A stretch of 64,000 nucleotides of DNA from Macrostomum lignano. Lineage: Eukaryota. Of this stretch, positions 1 through 11,800 are shown piece by piece. The stretch covers positions 1,116,001-1,180,000 of the forward strand of contig NIVC01000031.1 in the NCBI GenBank assembly GCA_002269645.1, read 5' to 3'. Under the pieces are notes generated by a model that worked only from the letters and a program-made list of their open reading frames with translations, was not told the origin of the DNA and made no database searches. Position 1 is the first letter of the stretch; every line of letters starts with the position of its first letter. A program made the translations under genes and the position numbers.

Positions 1-327
1 GCGTAGTCATTCCGGCACTGAATTTGATGCTTGCATTATTCGAGAGTAACTAATCGAGTAAAATCTTCTCTGTCAACATGCTCAGTGCGTAGAACTCAGG
101 GACGTAGGCTTGAAAATGAATTTTAATTGAATTATAATTTTGAATGATCCCTTGGCGTCACTCTGAAATTTCAATACTCAAACGTAAAAAAACTTTTCGA
201 ACAAAATCCACTTAGCGTTACAATTTTCAGAAATGCTTGGAAGTAATGTTGTTTACCGGTAGAGCATTAATATATAATAGCACTATACTCTAGTCCTGTA
301 TGGATTTTGCTTGCAATTTACTTATAA

Positions 328-840
328 TTATAGATTAGAAAATAAATGTAGAAAAATCAATAATATTTTAAGACTCCACTTACTGCTAAAAGTGACCGTA
401 CTGTTGACAACTTTCGAAATGTTAAACTGTCTGTCTCGAATGATGGCGTCAAAATTTCCAACCTTCCATATTTTGGCTCCAATTTCGAAGCCTAACCGAC
501 GTTGCTTGTGACTCTCGGCTGGGCCAGCGTTTTTTGACGCATCGTTGACAATCAAGAGTTGGCAAAAGCTGCTGGTCTCAAAGACAACGACAGCAGAGCA
601 TGCTCGAATTCGACAGGCCATCAAGCATTCTGCCTTCGACGCTAGATTTATAACATTGACGACTTCACTGCTGACGGACGAGTCAATCAGCAGAGATTGC
701 TTGGATGGGATGTACTTCAAGCTGGGACAGTCAGATGGCAGAACTGTGTGCGGGTTCACGACTGTGGCTGTGAGGTATGCGGCTGCTTCTGTGAGTGCAA
801 CAGAGAAAATTAGAAATAAATTTTTTTCAATAGTACTCAT
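328..840 (-). CDS. Putative secreted/GPI-anchored PAN/Apple-like domain protein
   Basis: 170-aa ATG-started ORF with a hydrophobic N-terminus (LFLIFSVALTEAAA), a PAN-like Cys pattern (ECLMACRIRACSAVVVFETSSFCQLL) and a hydrophobic C-terminal tail (WSLKILLIFLHLFSNL). The domain call is by motif resemblance only. Confidence 0.45.
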   Translation of the reverse strand: MSTIEKNLFLIFSVALTEAAAYLTATVVNPHTVLPSDCPSLKYIPSKQSLLIDSSVSSEVVNVINLASKAECLMACRIRACSAVVVFETSSFCQLLIVNDASKNAGPAESHKQRRLGFEIGAKIWKVGNFDAIIRDRQFNISKVVNSTVTFSSKWSLKILLIFLHLFSNL

Positions 841-3659
841 TCTCCTTTAGTTTCGAGCGATGAAGATCAAAATAAATCTGTTGCTGTTGCTGCTGTTGAA
901 ATCCAAGCAATATATAAATGTAGCCAAGAGAAAGCATTCAGTTTGTCAATCATTCTGTAACCAGGAAGGCAGCAATATTAACATCTGCCGGATGTGCTTG
1001 CTCTTGCACTTTTGTTTGCATTTTGTTTGAACTCTTTGCAAAAGGAAATTGCTCGTACTGTTCATCAACCGTACATTACAGTAAAAAACTTTTTTGTTCA
1101 AATTTGTATCAACAGACTGCAGGGTGAGGGTGGCCCAGCCCTGCAACAAGTCCGCATCAAAGTTTCCAGGCGTTCAATTCTGTGGTAACACCTTTTTTGA
1201 ATAAGAGATTGAAGACTCACAATGCTTTATAATCGCTGGAGATTATCGTCAGGGAGGGGGGATTGCCCACCCTGACGATTGTCGAATAAACAGCAACGCA
1301 GGCACACGAAATTTAAAAAGAGCACGAACAGATTTTTTGCGCACCTTCTCAAACAAGAATCAAGTCGCCAGCCCTCTGGACCGTCGAGGTATTCGACGAT
1401 TGTGCCAGAAGGTCGGATTTTTCCCGAAAGCGTCAGTGAATTCAATAAACCTCTGTGTGCCAATCAGCACTGCGCCTCAGTGCAGCCTTGCCAAGACTCC
1501 AAATTTCATCAGCACGTCGACCACATGTGTATGAATCAGCTCTGACTTCGTTGGTCACTGGTCTTCACCCAGGCGAAGCTTGTGGACCTTCAACAGGTGG
1601 CACCAGGTGACTGTCGTAACCCTGTTGCGAATTCCTTCAGTTTCGTTGATTAAGCCAGTGGGCATGAACCTCAACTGCTGGACATCCTCAGCTGGTCTCT
1701 CAAGCATTTTGTCATCACCCTGTAACAGTTTACACTTTATTTCATTTAAAAAAATCACTGCACTTTGACCACTCTTCTATCTTAGCAACACTGTTTCACG
1801 ATTTCTTGCTCGTTTCCTGTTTCGCAAATTTCCACAAAGCTGCGCTTTCAACTCGGTTACATTGGGACTTCCCGCTGTGTGCACTGCACGCAAAAGCAGA
1901 GGAGATAATTGGCAGATAGGTAGGGATACAGGGATGGATGCGTAGTCTATCTGCCTTTCTCTCTCTCTGCTTCAAGCTCCAGGTTACAAAGGAATTTCCG
2001 CAGCCTGTTAGCGTTGAAAACTAAGCGCTATTGGGAAGAAAAAGGAACGGTGAAAATTAGCTGGCAACACCTCCTTAGCCCCAGCCGGCGAAGCGCATCA
2101 GGTGCAAAATTGTTCAGCAATTTACGCTCGCACCAGGCCTAGGCTTTTCCAAGTTTTTGTTATACTCAGAATGCAGTTTTCATTGGAAAAGTTTTGAACA
2201 ACTACTTGAAGACTGAAAGGTGAAGAAAACTTGCTAGTATCGATGTTTTACAGTACCTAATTTTACTGGAATATTTTTTCCGTTCTAACATAAGTAACTG
2301 CTTCCGGTTTGTTTTAAAACGCATTAAAATAAATCCCGGAAGGAAACCGAATGGCTCTTAACAACTAGCTGGTTCAAGAAATTACCAATTCTAAAAGACT
2401 TGACCAGGTCAATTAAAAGGTTGTGGAAAACTAGGAGCAAAGCAGCACAAAAAAAACAGACTGGCCTCTCCTGTTCCTCGAGTCGCACAGAAGTATTAAA
2501 GTTTCCCGCGTAGGGTAAATATCGGTTAAAGTTGTTAAAGAAGCTGTTAGAATCGAATAAAAGCAAAGTCTTCATGCTTTCTCGTCAAACGACTTTTTTG
2601 TTCTGCGAGGGCACTGGTTAAGCCACTGATTCAGTGAAATGTGCCAAACCGCTTGCCTCCTCGCTGACTGAGGGTCGACTGTCACCTTTGATTTGCGGCA
2701 GATGGCAAGGAAGCCTCTATAGCTTAGCGACAAACTATAATAACTACTCCAATATTTTCTATTTCATTAGATTGGTCACTACGATAGTAGCAAAATTTGC
2801 TCAGGCTAAACTGGGAAAGAATAAGCTCTCTCGGCTAATCTCTAGATTATTTTACTTCATGTATGCAGTACTATCGTTGCCTTAGGAATACGAAGTCTAG
2901 GCATTTTGCAACATAAATCTGTTTACAATTTGATAACAATAGAGGTCGAGGAGAAGCTTTTTTAGTTTCGGTCAAGTCAAAGGCCTGAGCCAACACTAAG
3001 GAGCCACAAACAGGTGTTTTTCGTGCAGTGTTTTATGACCAGGAAGAGGTAGATTCTTGCTTAGTTCCTCTCATTATTTCTTTTACTCCCCCACTCATAC
3101 CTCTTCCACTGTTTTTCTGTCTACTGCATCCTTCGCTTATTTCAGCCTGTCGTTGGATAACAGGTTGCAGCTGGCTCCATCTCCGCGGCCTCTAACCGAT
3201 TCCAGCGCAGGAAATGGCACTGTATATGACTACTGCGAAAGAAGGCTGGGCAAGGGGTCTGAAATCCGTCTGCGCGTGCACAGACAGGGCACCCTACCGG
3301 CTGTTAATTACTCTTGGGGTATCCTCTCTTGATGAGGCACCGTTGGGCCGGCGGGGAAGGGTTATGAAGCTGCATGGGATGCGGCATTGAGCTACTGGCT
3401 GACTGGCTGCGATAGGACCAAGGTCTGTAACTGGGGATGAATGAGAGGGAAGCAATGATATCCCTAGCCAGTCAGGTCGAATAGACCAAACAAAATCAGT
3501 CCAGCCAGCCGTCTCCCTGCTTTCTCCCTTCCCCTCTCAGGCCAAAAGATATTATGAAGCAGAATGCAGTTTTTTGCTTAATCTATCTCGAGCTAAGGAC
3601 AAATATTAGCGACTGAAATCGAAGCTTGATTAGAACCGAGTCAATAAGCGCGACAATAG

Positions 3660-3914
3660 ATGAATCATCAGACCGGGCTGCCTCTGTCTCACAGTGTCTC
3701 ACAGCAACAAGTGACCAGCGGAGGAGGCGCAAGCAATGGCGCCTCAATCAGACCGGGAGCTACCGGAAGCAACGGAGATCGCAATTTAGTTGGCGCATCA
3801 TCGGTGGCTGCGACAAGCTCGGGCGCTGAGCACAGTAGACAGTCTAGCGAACCGTTTTCCAGTTTTCAAAAGTCGAATGCTAGGCAGCCGCTCGTTACAT
3901 GGACGCAACAGAGA

Positions 3915-3946
<32 letters not shown>

Positions 3947-3997
3947 GCCACAAAAGTCTCAGTCGCGACTGCTTCTGCAGCAAAAGCAGCAACAGCA

Positions 3998-4031
<34 letters not shown>

Positions 4032-5599
4032 GCTTCATCAAGCAATCGCAGACTGTTGATGGGTCAGCATAGAAAGCCGCAGTTTATTCGACCAGATCGT
4101 CTAGCGCACCTGTACCACGCATTCGTGCCCAATCACAGACCTCGGGTTGGCGGCCTGCAGCTGCAAGGCGGGCGCCAGCAACAGCAGCAGCTGTACGAAA
4201 CAGCCGGATCAATACTAAGCAGCGATCTTGACACCACCAGCTTCTTTGATTCGGAAGATGAAGCTGAATCATCCAGGTGCGCATATTTTTTTATCTCAAT
4301 TAGATCGACAGAAAATTTTAATGTAAATCTTAGAAAGTGTAAGATTATATCATCCGTCTGCATGTGGCTACTAACAGTTTATACCATAACAATATGGGTA
4401 TAAACTTCTAGCCTTCATAAACCAGGAAAAGTAACCGTTTTAAAGATATCAGTACAGTACCTTTTGCTACAGCTTTTCAAGGCAGCTACGAGATAGTTAG
4501 ATGGGGTGTTGCTTTTTCAGTTAAGAAATGAATTGGGGAGAAAGTTAAATTTACAGCAGCAGTGGAGAGGAGGCCGTCAGTGCAGTATATAAACATAGAG
4601 AGGGGTGGGCAATTTCGCTTTTAGCAGGCACAGCAAGTAGGCCGGTTTGCGTTGGGCAAAACAAAATTTTTGGGCTGTGGGCTGGAAATTTATGGCTCGA
4701 ATGATGCATGGCCCTTTTCTCTGGGATAGGAATAAATGGAGAAAAACCTTTTTTCGAAATTTTACGATTGTGGTATGAAACGGCTTTAAGTTTCTAGTCA
4801 ACTCGCGCCAAAATGCTATTTTTCTTCCTAGGAGTAGTAGGACGTACTCATGGATCAAAAAGTTATGAGTACGGCTGTATCAGAACGTAGCACTCTACAT
4901 TTTAAGCACTTCATGTATGTACGATTCATCTCTTAAGTTCTGCGATTTCGATGATCACATGAAGGTTAAATTTAGGACAAACGCTTACTGAAGACGGTCG
5001 AACGCACAGAACTGAAGCAAAATGATCTTCATTCTTGATTCTTTCAGCGATCTCCTTTTTCCGTATTGTTAACGTCAAAGCTTTCTCGCCCCAAGCTTGT
5101 GGTAGGTCATTCTTCAATTAGAAGACACTGCATCTTTGCTTTTCCCACTTCCGACATGTTTGAATTACATGTAGGTTTTAACTTGTAAATCAACCACGAA
5201 TCGATCATACATGCTGGGTAAACACGCATATTCGAAACTCTGAAGCAAAGATGTTGACAATGTTATTTAGTGTTTAAAATATAGTGAATTTTTAACCTAA
5301 CTTTGACCTTGAAGTAAGTGTTCGGTCCTGAGACAATCCTAACTTCAAGCGGTCCTTACAAGTACTATAAAATGCTCAAAACCCGCGAAACACCTGGACT
5401 ATAAACTCAAAAAACCACATCTCTGAACGCAGGTTTAGCACAACAACAGCAACGACAATGTCGTCGAATTATTTTCACAAGTTTCGACAGCGGCAGCGAC
5501 GGGCCCCCAGGATTAGTAGGGTGAGTCTACTCTGCTGCTACTCTACTCTACTACTACTACTTACTACTACTACTACTGCTACTACTACTACTACTACTG

Positions 5600-5649
<50 letters not shown>

Positions 5650-5743
5650 GCTACTACTATTACTACTACTACTACTACTACTACTGATACTACTACTACT
5701 ACTACTACTACTGGTACTACTACTACTACTACTACTACTACTG

Positions 5744-5809
<66 letters not shown>

Positions 5810-8800
5810 ATACTACTAGGCGTAACCCACAAAAAATTCAGCATGCAAAAGCAACATTAAAGTGAAAACCTACATATCTACTATAGAAAACTACTATAGT
5901 TTTCTACTAATCTACTATAGAAAAAAGACAACCTGTTGTATTTGATTGTAGCAGAGTACTGTGTATCTAGGTACATGTATACATCCCTCTATCTATTAAT
6001 ATTTTTCTCGTAGGAAGATAGGCCAACTGACCCAACGTTCCAATGCTAGATCGAGCAATACACAAACGCAGAAGCAGACAGACTGGCATTTTTGGCGTCT
6101 GCAATTTCCAAATGCGCTTTGCCATCCCCCGCCTTCATACGCTGCAGCCGCCTTCATACGCTGGTTGTCTGCAACCCTTGGCCTGCCTCTCCTATTGGAA
6201 TTGTTATGCCCGAAACAGAACGGCCCCCCTCGGACATCGAGATTGCATTTACGAGGGAGGCCTGCAGCACTTAAAATCAATGCACCTTTTGAAGCAAATG
6301 AAAAATAATAAAAAGAAACAAGACTAGTTTTTTAGGCTAGAGACCATTTGTCGGCAAACTCCAACACGCAAAGCACATGCGGCCTGTGAAGCCTCTCTAT
6401 CCAGCCAGCAGGTCCTTTGAAACTTCACAATAGCAATTTGGCCTGTCTCTTTTTAGCTCTTTACTCTCTCCTCTTTCTTCTATCTCCTCTCTTCTCTATC
6501 CTTTTTCCTCACCTTTCATCTTTTCTCGCCTTGCCTCTTATCTTCTCTCTAATCCCCTCTCTCGTCTCTCTTCTACTTTCCTCTCTCATCTGACCGTCAG
6601 CCATGAGTTGGATTCTTTATCTAGCCCTTGAAGAGTAAAAAGTTTGCAGACCTCTATGCGTCGCCAAGGATTTTATGGTGGTGGGGGAACGACAAAGCCA
6701 AGAAATTCACATGTACACTGTACATGACTAGACTCCTACAAGTTCATTTTTTTGCGAATCGGTGTTTTCAGCGCTCATTTTGGCGCCACAGACAGGCACT
6801 CATTTTGGCGCCACAGACAGGCACTCATTTTGGCGCCGCTCATTTTGGCGCCACAGACAGGCACTCATTTTGGCGCCACAGACAGGCATTCATTTTGGCG
6901 CCACAGACAGGCTTTCATTTTGGCGCCACAGACAGGCACTCATTTTGGCGCCGCTCATTTTGGCGCCACAGACAGGCACTCATTTTGGCGCCACAGACAG
7001 GCATTCATTTTGGCGCCACAGACAGGCACTCATTTTGGCGCCACAGACAGGCACTCATTTTGGCGCCGCTCATTTTGGCGCCACAGACAGGCACTCATTT
7101 TGGCGCCACAGACAGGCATTCATTTTGGCGCCACAGACAGGCACTTATTTTGGCGCCACAGACAGGCACTCATTTTGGCGCCGCTCATTTTGGCGCCACA
7201 GACAGGCACTCATTTTGGCGCCACAGACAGGCACTCATTTTGGCGCCACAGACAGGCACTCATTTTGGCGCCACAGACAGGCACTCATTTTGGCGCCTCT
7301 CATTTTGGCGCCACAGACAGGCACTCATTTTGGCGCCACAGACAGGCACTCATTTTGGCGCCTCTCATTTTGGCGCCACAGACAGGCACTCATTTTGGCG
7401 CCACAGACAGGCACTCATTTTGGCGCCACAGACAGGCATTCATTTTGGCGCCACAGACAGGCATTCATTTTGGCGCCTCTCATTTTGGCGCCACAGACAG
7501 GCACTCATTTTGGCGCCACAGACAGGCACTCATTTTGGCGCCACAGACAGGCACTCATTTTGGCGCCACAGACAGGCACTCATTTTGGCGCCACAGACAG
7601 GCATTCATTTTGAAGCCACAGACAGGCACTCATTTTGGCGCCACGGACACTCAGTTTGTTGCCCTGAAACAAAATTATTGATTTCCACATCGGGTCACAA
7701 GGTGGGGTTGCTTTTACTGGGGGGACATGTCCCCCCTGTCCCCCGGTGGCGACGCCCCTGCATTGAGTGTTAACATGTAGTAGAGTATTACATGTAGTAG
7801 AAGTTTTATTGCTATACAGTGCTTTTCACTCATGCAAATATCGTGGATCAACTGCCCAACGAGATTCATTCAGGCCCCACAAAGTGACATTTAAAATGCA
7901 ATCATTTTAAAATTTCTCCACAAAGGGACAATCTCTCGAATGAATACGAGCCGTACGGGTGACTGATTAGTAAAAAGACTAGGTACATAGGTAATCAACT
8001 AGACTAGGTAACAGACTGACCGTATATTTCGATGCTAGCTCTAGTCTACACAGATTCCAAAACAAAAGTACAAGTAATTGATTTCTTCGACGGCAAAAAT
8101 TTCCGGCGAAAATTTTCTCCAACGCTCTGAATTGTAATTGCAGGCATCCTCATTCAGCAGCATCACAGAGTCCTCACTATCGCTGAACGTGATCACCGTA
8201 ACCCTGGACATGGAGTCAATGCAATTCCTCGGCATCAGCATAGTAGGTCAGGCTAGCCGCCGAGGCGCCGACGGTGGCATCTACGTTGGCAGCATCATGA
8301 AAGGCGGCGCGGTTCACCAGGACGGTCGAATTCAACCCGGCGACCTGATCCTTGAAGTCAACGGCATACCGTTCGATCGAATGGAGAACGACGACGCTGT
8401 TCGTGTGCTACGAGAACAGGTACAACGAGCGGGGCCAATTAGCCTTACCGTAGCCAAGTCCTGGAACTGTCGCCAGTACCTGCGCGTCTCACAGGAGGAA
8501 CCAGTCCGACCAATAGATCCGCGTGCTTGGATCCTGCACACCAATGCTGTCCGTGAAGCTGAAGCCCTAGTCGACCCAGATGTGATCCTGATGCCAGGAG
8601 CTACAGCAACCCCGCCACAGTCCATGGCTACTGCAGCCAACGTCGATGGGACCGATGTCAGCCACCTTCGTCACGAAGCTGACGATGACGTTCGATCGCT
8701 GATTGGCGACCCACTGCAGCAGTCGCTTCCGTTTGCTCTTCCACCGGGCGGACCTGCTGTCGCAGCGAGGAGTCGATCCTTGTCGAGCTCGTCCAGCTCC

Positions 8801-11800
8801 TCCAGCGCGAGACTTGCGGCCGCCGCTTCAGCTGCTGCGGCTGCTGCCAATGCGGCATCTGCCGCCGCTGCTGCAGCTGCCGCCGCCCGTACCGCCGGCA
8901 GTGGGCAAGTTGAACGGCCAAAAAATTTGTCTCTTCAACAGCAAGCGGCGTTGCATCATTCGGCTAGAATTCCTGCTCTAAGTGTGCAATCCGACTGCGG
9001 TGAAATTGTGCGCGCACTTCGACAGCCAGACAGCGGGCTGGAGGTGCGCGATCGAGTCTGGTTGAAGATCCGCATTCCCTCTGCCTTTATCGGCGGCGAA
9101 CTGGTCGACTGGTTGCTGCTACACGTTGACGGATTTCGCGATCGACGACAGGCAAAGAAGCTCGCCTGCCAGCTGCTGCGGTCGGGACTCATCCGCCACA
9201 CGGTCAACAAGGCCTCGTTCTCGGAGCAGTGCTACTACATCTTTGCTGGCGAGTTGCCACAGCCTCCGCCAAAAGCAACTCAGCAAGGGCAGAATCAACA
9301 GAACCAAAAGCAGCAACTTTCTGTTCACCAGCTGGAGGATCCGAAAAAGATAGCGCCACCAATGACGGTGAAACTGCCACCTCTTCAGCAGTCGTCATCG
9401 GCTCCAAGAAGTTTCAGCAGTGAGCAACTGTTGGACGCTGGATTTGCCACGCCGCCACTGCCTCCACCGCCGCAGAATCATAGTCAGCATCATCATATCC
9501 AGCAGCAGCAGCAGCAGCAGCAACAGCAACAACAACAGCAGCAGCAGAAACTTCAGCAACAAGAAATGCAGAGCAATCTACCAAGAAAACCATTACCTAT
9601 GCATCATCTCAGCAATACTGCTACAGCAGGAGGCACAGTGCTCAGTGTCGGCTCTGGTAAGTAGTTAATTCTGTCGATAACATAATTTAGAAATACCACA
9701 AAAGCACTGTCACAATCTAATGTATCAATCTCGGCTTCATATTTCTATATTCGTGCGCGAATGCGTTTCGTCAAGTTTTGTCCCGCTAGTCCCATTCGAA
9801 ACCCGGTTTACCGCTGGGTAGTTAGCGAAGCCTAATGGGCCCGAGGAACTGCCATTCAAGTGGCTACATTTTGGGACCTGGAGCTTTTTCGAATGGATGC
9901 TTATTCCCTGCTGGGAAGTGACGTTTGGGTAGACTAGTACCTCAGATGTTCGGGGATTAAAGGCCAGGCATTGGTGCATTCTCTTTGATGGTTTCTAGGT
10001 GGAATCTATAGGTAGGATAGCTATTTTTATTCAGTGTAGACAGACTATAGATACAGACTAAAACGTTGAGAGACATCAAATACATCTATATCTATCGGAG
10101 GTTCTAACCGTTAGTGGACACGGAAGTTTGCCTTATGCGACTTCGATAGGGGGTGAAGGAAAGGAGTGGGAGGGAGCCAGAATCTGATCGACGTTTGCAT
10201 TGTCCATAAGACACAGCCTGGCGCAATGACAAATTCAACTGGCCATTAGTTCAGCTTTAGCAGGCGTTTGAACCATAGACGATTAGTTAACTATGCATTT
10301 ATTATCTGACATAAGGGAATATTGTTCGCAAACAGTCTACATGGCATTCTGGAATACATTGAGAAGAAAAAAGGATAGTCAAGACATTTTAGCCACCAAA
10401 CAATGGAAAACGCGCACATTAAGCACAAAAACAACGCAGTAGTCATGGACTGTTCATCAGAAGTTGCTCATTAAAACTGAAACGTGCAATCCTTGAAGTG
10501 CCAGTTCTCGAAGAAGCGAACTGCGCGTTTCGAATCTATCCGACCTGCAGTTTAATGGACATTGTAAAAAATTCACCGTTTCTATATAACCATAGTATAG
10601 CCACTAATTTACTTACAATGTTGACTTATTATGCTTACCATGCTTCACCCACATCTCCTGTGTCACCTCCACTGAAGCATAGGTCGCACGGTTCGTTCAG
10701 TCGTTGACAAGAAGATTTTTCCAATTAATAAGCGGGGCTGTTCGACGAGATGCACCAGCCATAGTTTTTTTGACAAGACAAGTAGCTTTCACTCGTACTA
10801 CCCGCTTTCCTGATTTCTTTCAAGACGCAAACGAAATCAGCACTCATCACAGTGTTGTCTATGGTCAAACTAAGACACATTTCAGTCGTCTATTGGTCAA
10901 ATAACTCTCAAAGCAGCAAATTGAGGCGTGATAAAAAGTGTGGAACAATGGATAAATAATCAGCGGTCCCAGTGCGTGACAACGATTGTCTGGCGAGCGC
11001 ACTGCGACCGCTGATTCTTTGCATTGTTTTTTCTGTTTGACGATCCTACAGACAATGCATTTTTGTAGTAATGAATTGTTCTGCATTAAAAATGTGAATA
11101 ATGATCGTCAAATTGCTAAACAATGACGTTGCGTAGTAGGTAAGGGGCTGAAATAATGGCCATAGACACTCGTGCAAGCCAAGTTGCTTCAATTCGCTTT
11201 TCGCAGGCGGAAATCTCTGGGAATTAAGAAGTTCATTGCGCCTTTCGCCTTTACATGTTAGCTTAACTTGCTTCAATGCATCAATACAAGCTATCACCGA
11301 TCATTATTTAGGCTTGTAGCTTCTATACATGTAGAAGTTATTTTATTACATTTTCCTATTAGAAAGGCGTACTTGTGTCGGACAAGTTTCGATACTATGC
11401 ATTCAACAGAGAAGTAAACTGATTCATATTGTGTGAAATTATTCTTATTCTTAAGATCCCTCCGGATTTGTTTATGAGATGCTGACTCCTGATAACGCAC
11501 AATAACACGGATAAGTACAAGCCTTAGCCCGCTTCCGGACATTTGCCCTCCGGCACTTCCCCTCCGGCACTTGCCCTCCGGCACTTCCCCTCGGCGGCGT
11601 TTGCCCTCCGGACATTTGCCCTCCGGGACATTTCCCCTCCGGACATTTCCCCTCCGCACATTTGCCCTCTGCAAATTTACCCCCTCGCACATTACTCACC
11701 TCACCTCCTCCTGTACCCACCCGTCGTTCCTCCAGCACCAACCTCATCCTCCCGCCTCTTGCATCCATCAGGTTCTTCTCCAGCCAACAACTCATCCTTT

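Noticed and set aside
1227-1758. Second PAN-like or other coding exons (SCLRRCAK...CLRCCLF)
   Set aside because: Cys spacing does not fit, no consistent splice phase could be built, and all frames are short.
5458-5865. Poly-Thr mucin-like ORF and antisense poly-Ser ORF
   Set aside because: (CTA)n microsatellite. Only the first 21 codons (to 5520) are real and belong to Dvl exon 2.
6014-6310. Alternative Dvl middle exon after the acceptor ttctcgtag
   Set aside because: No Dvl similarity and no suitable donor; the exon at 5433-5520 fits both phase and homology.
6628-7773. 283-381-aa ORFs (HFGATDRHSFWRHRQALILAPQTG...)
   Set aside because: Translation of the 25-bp minisatellite in all frames, inside a Dvl intron.
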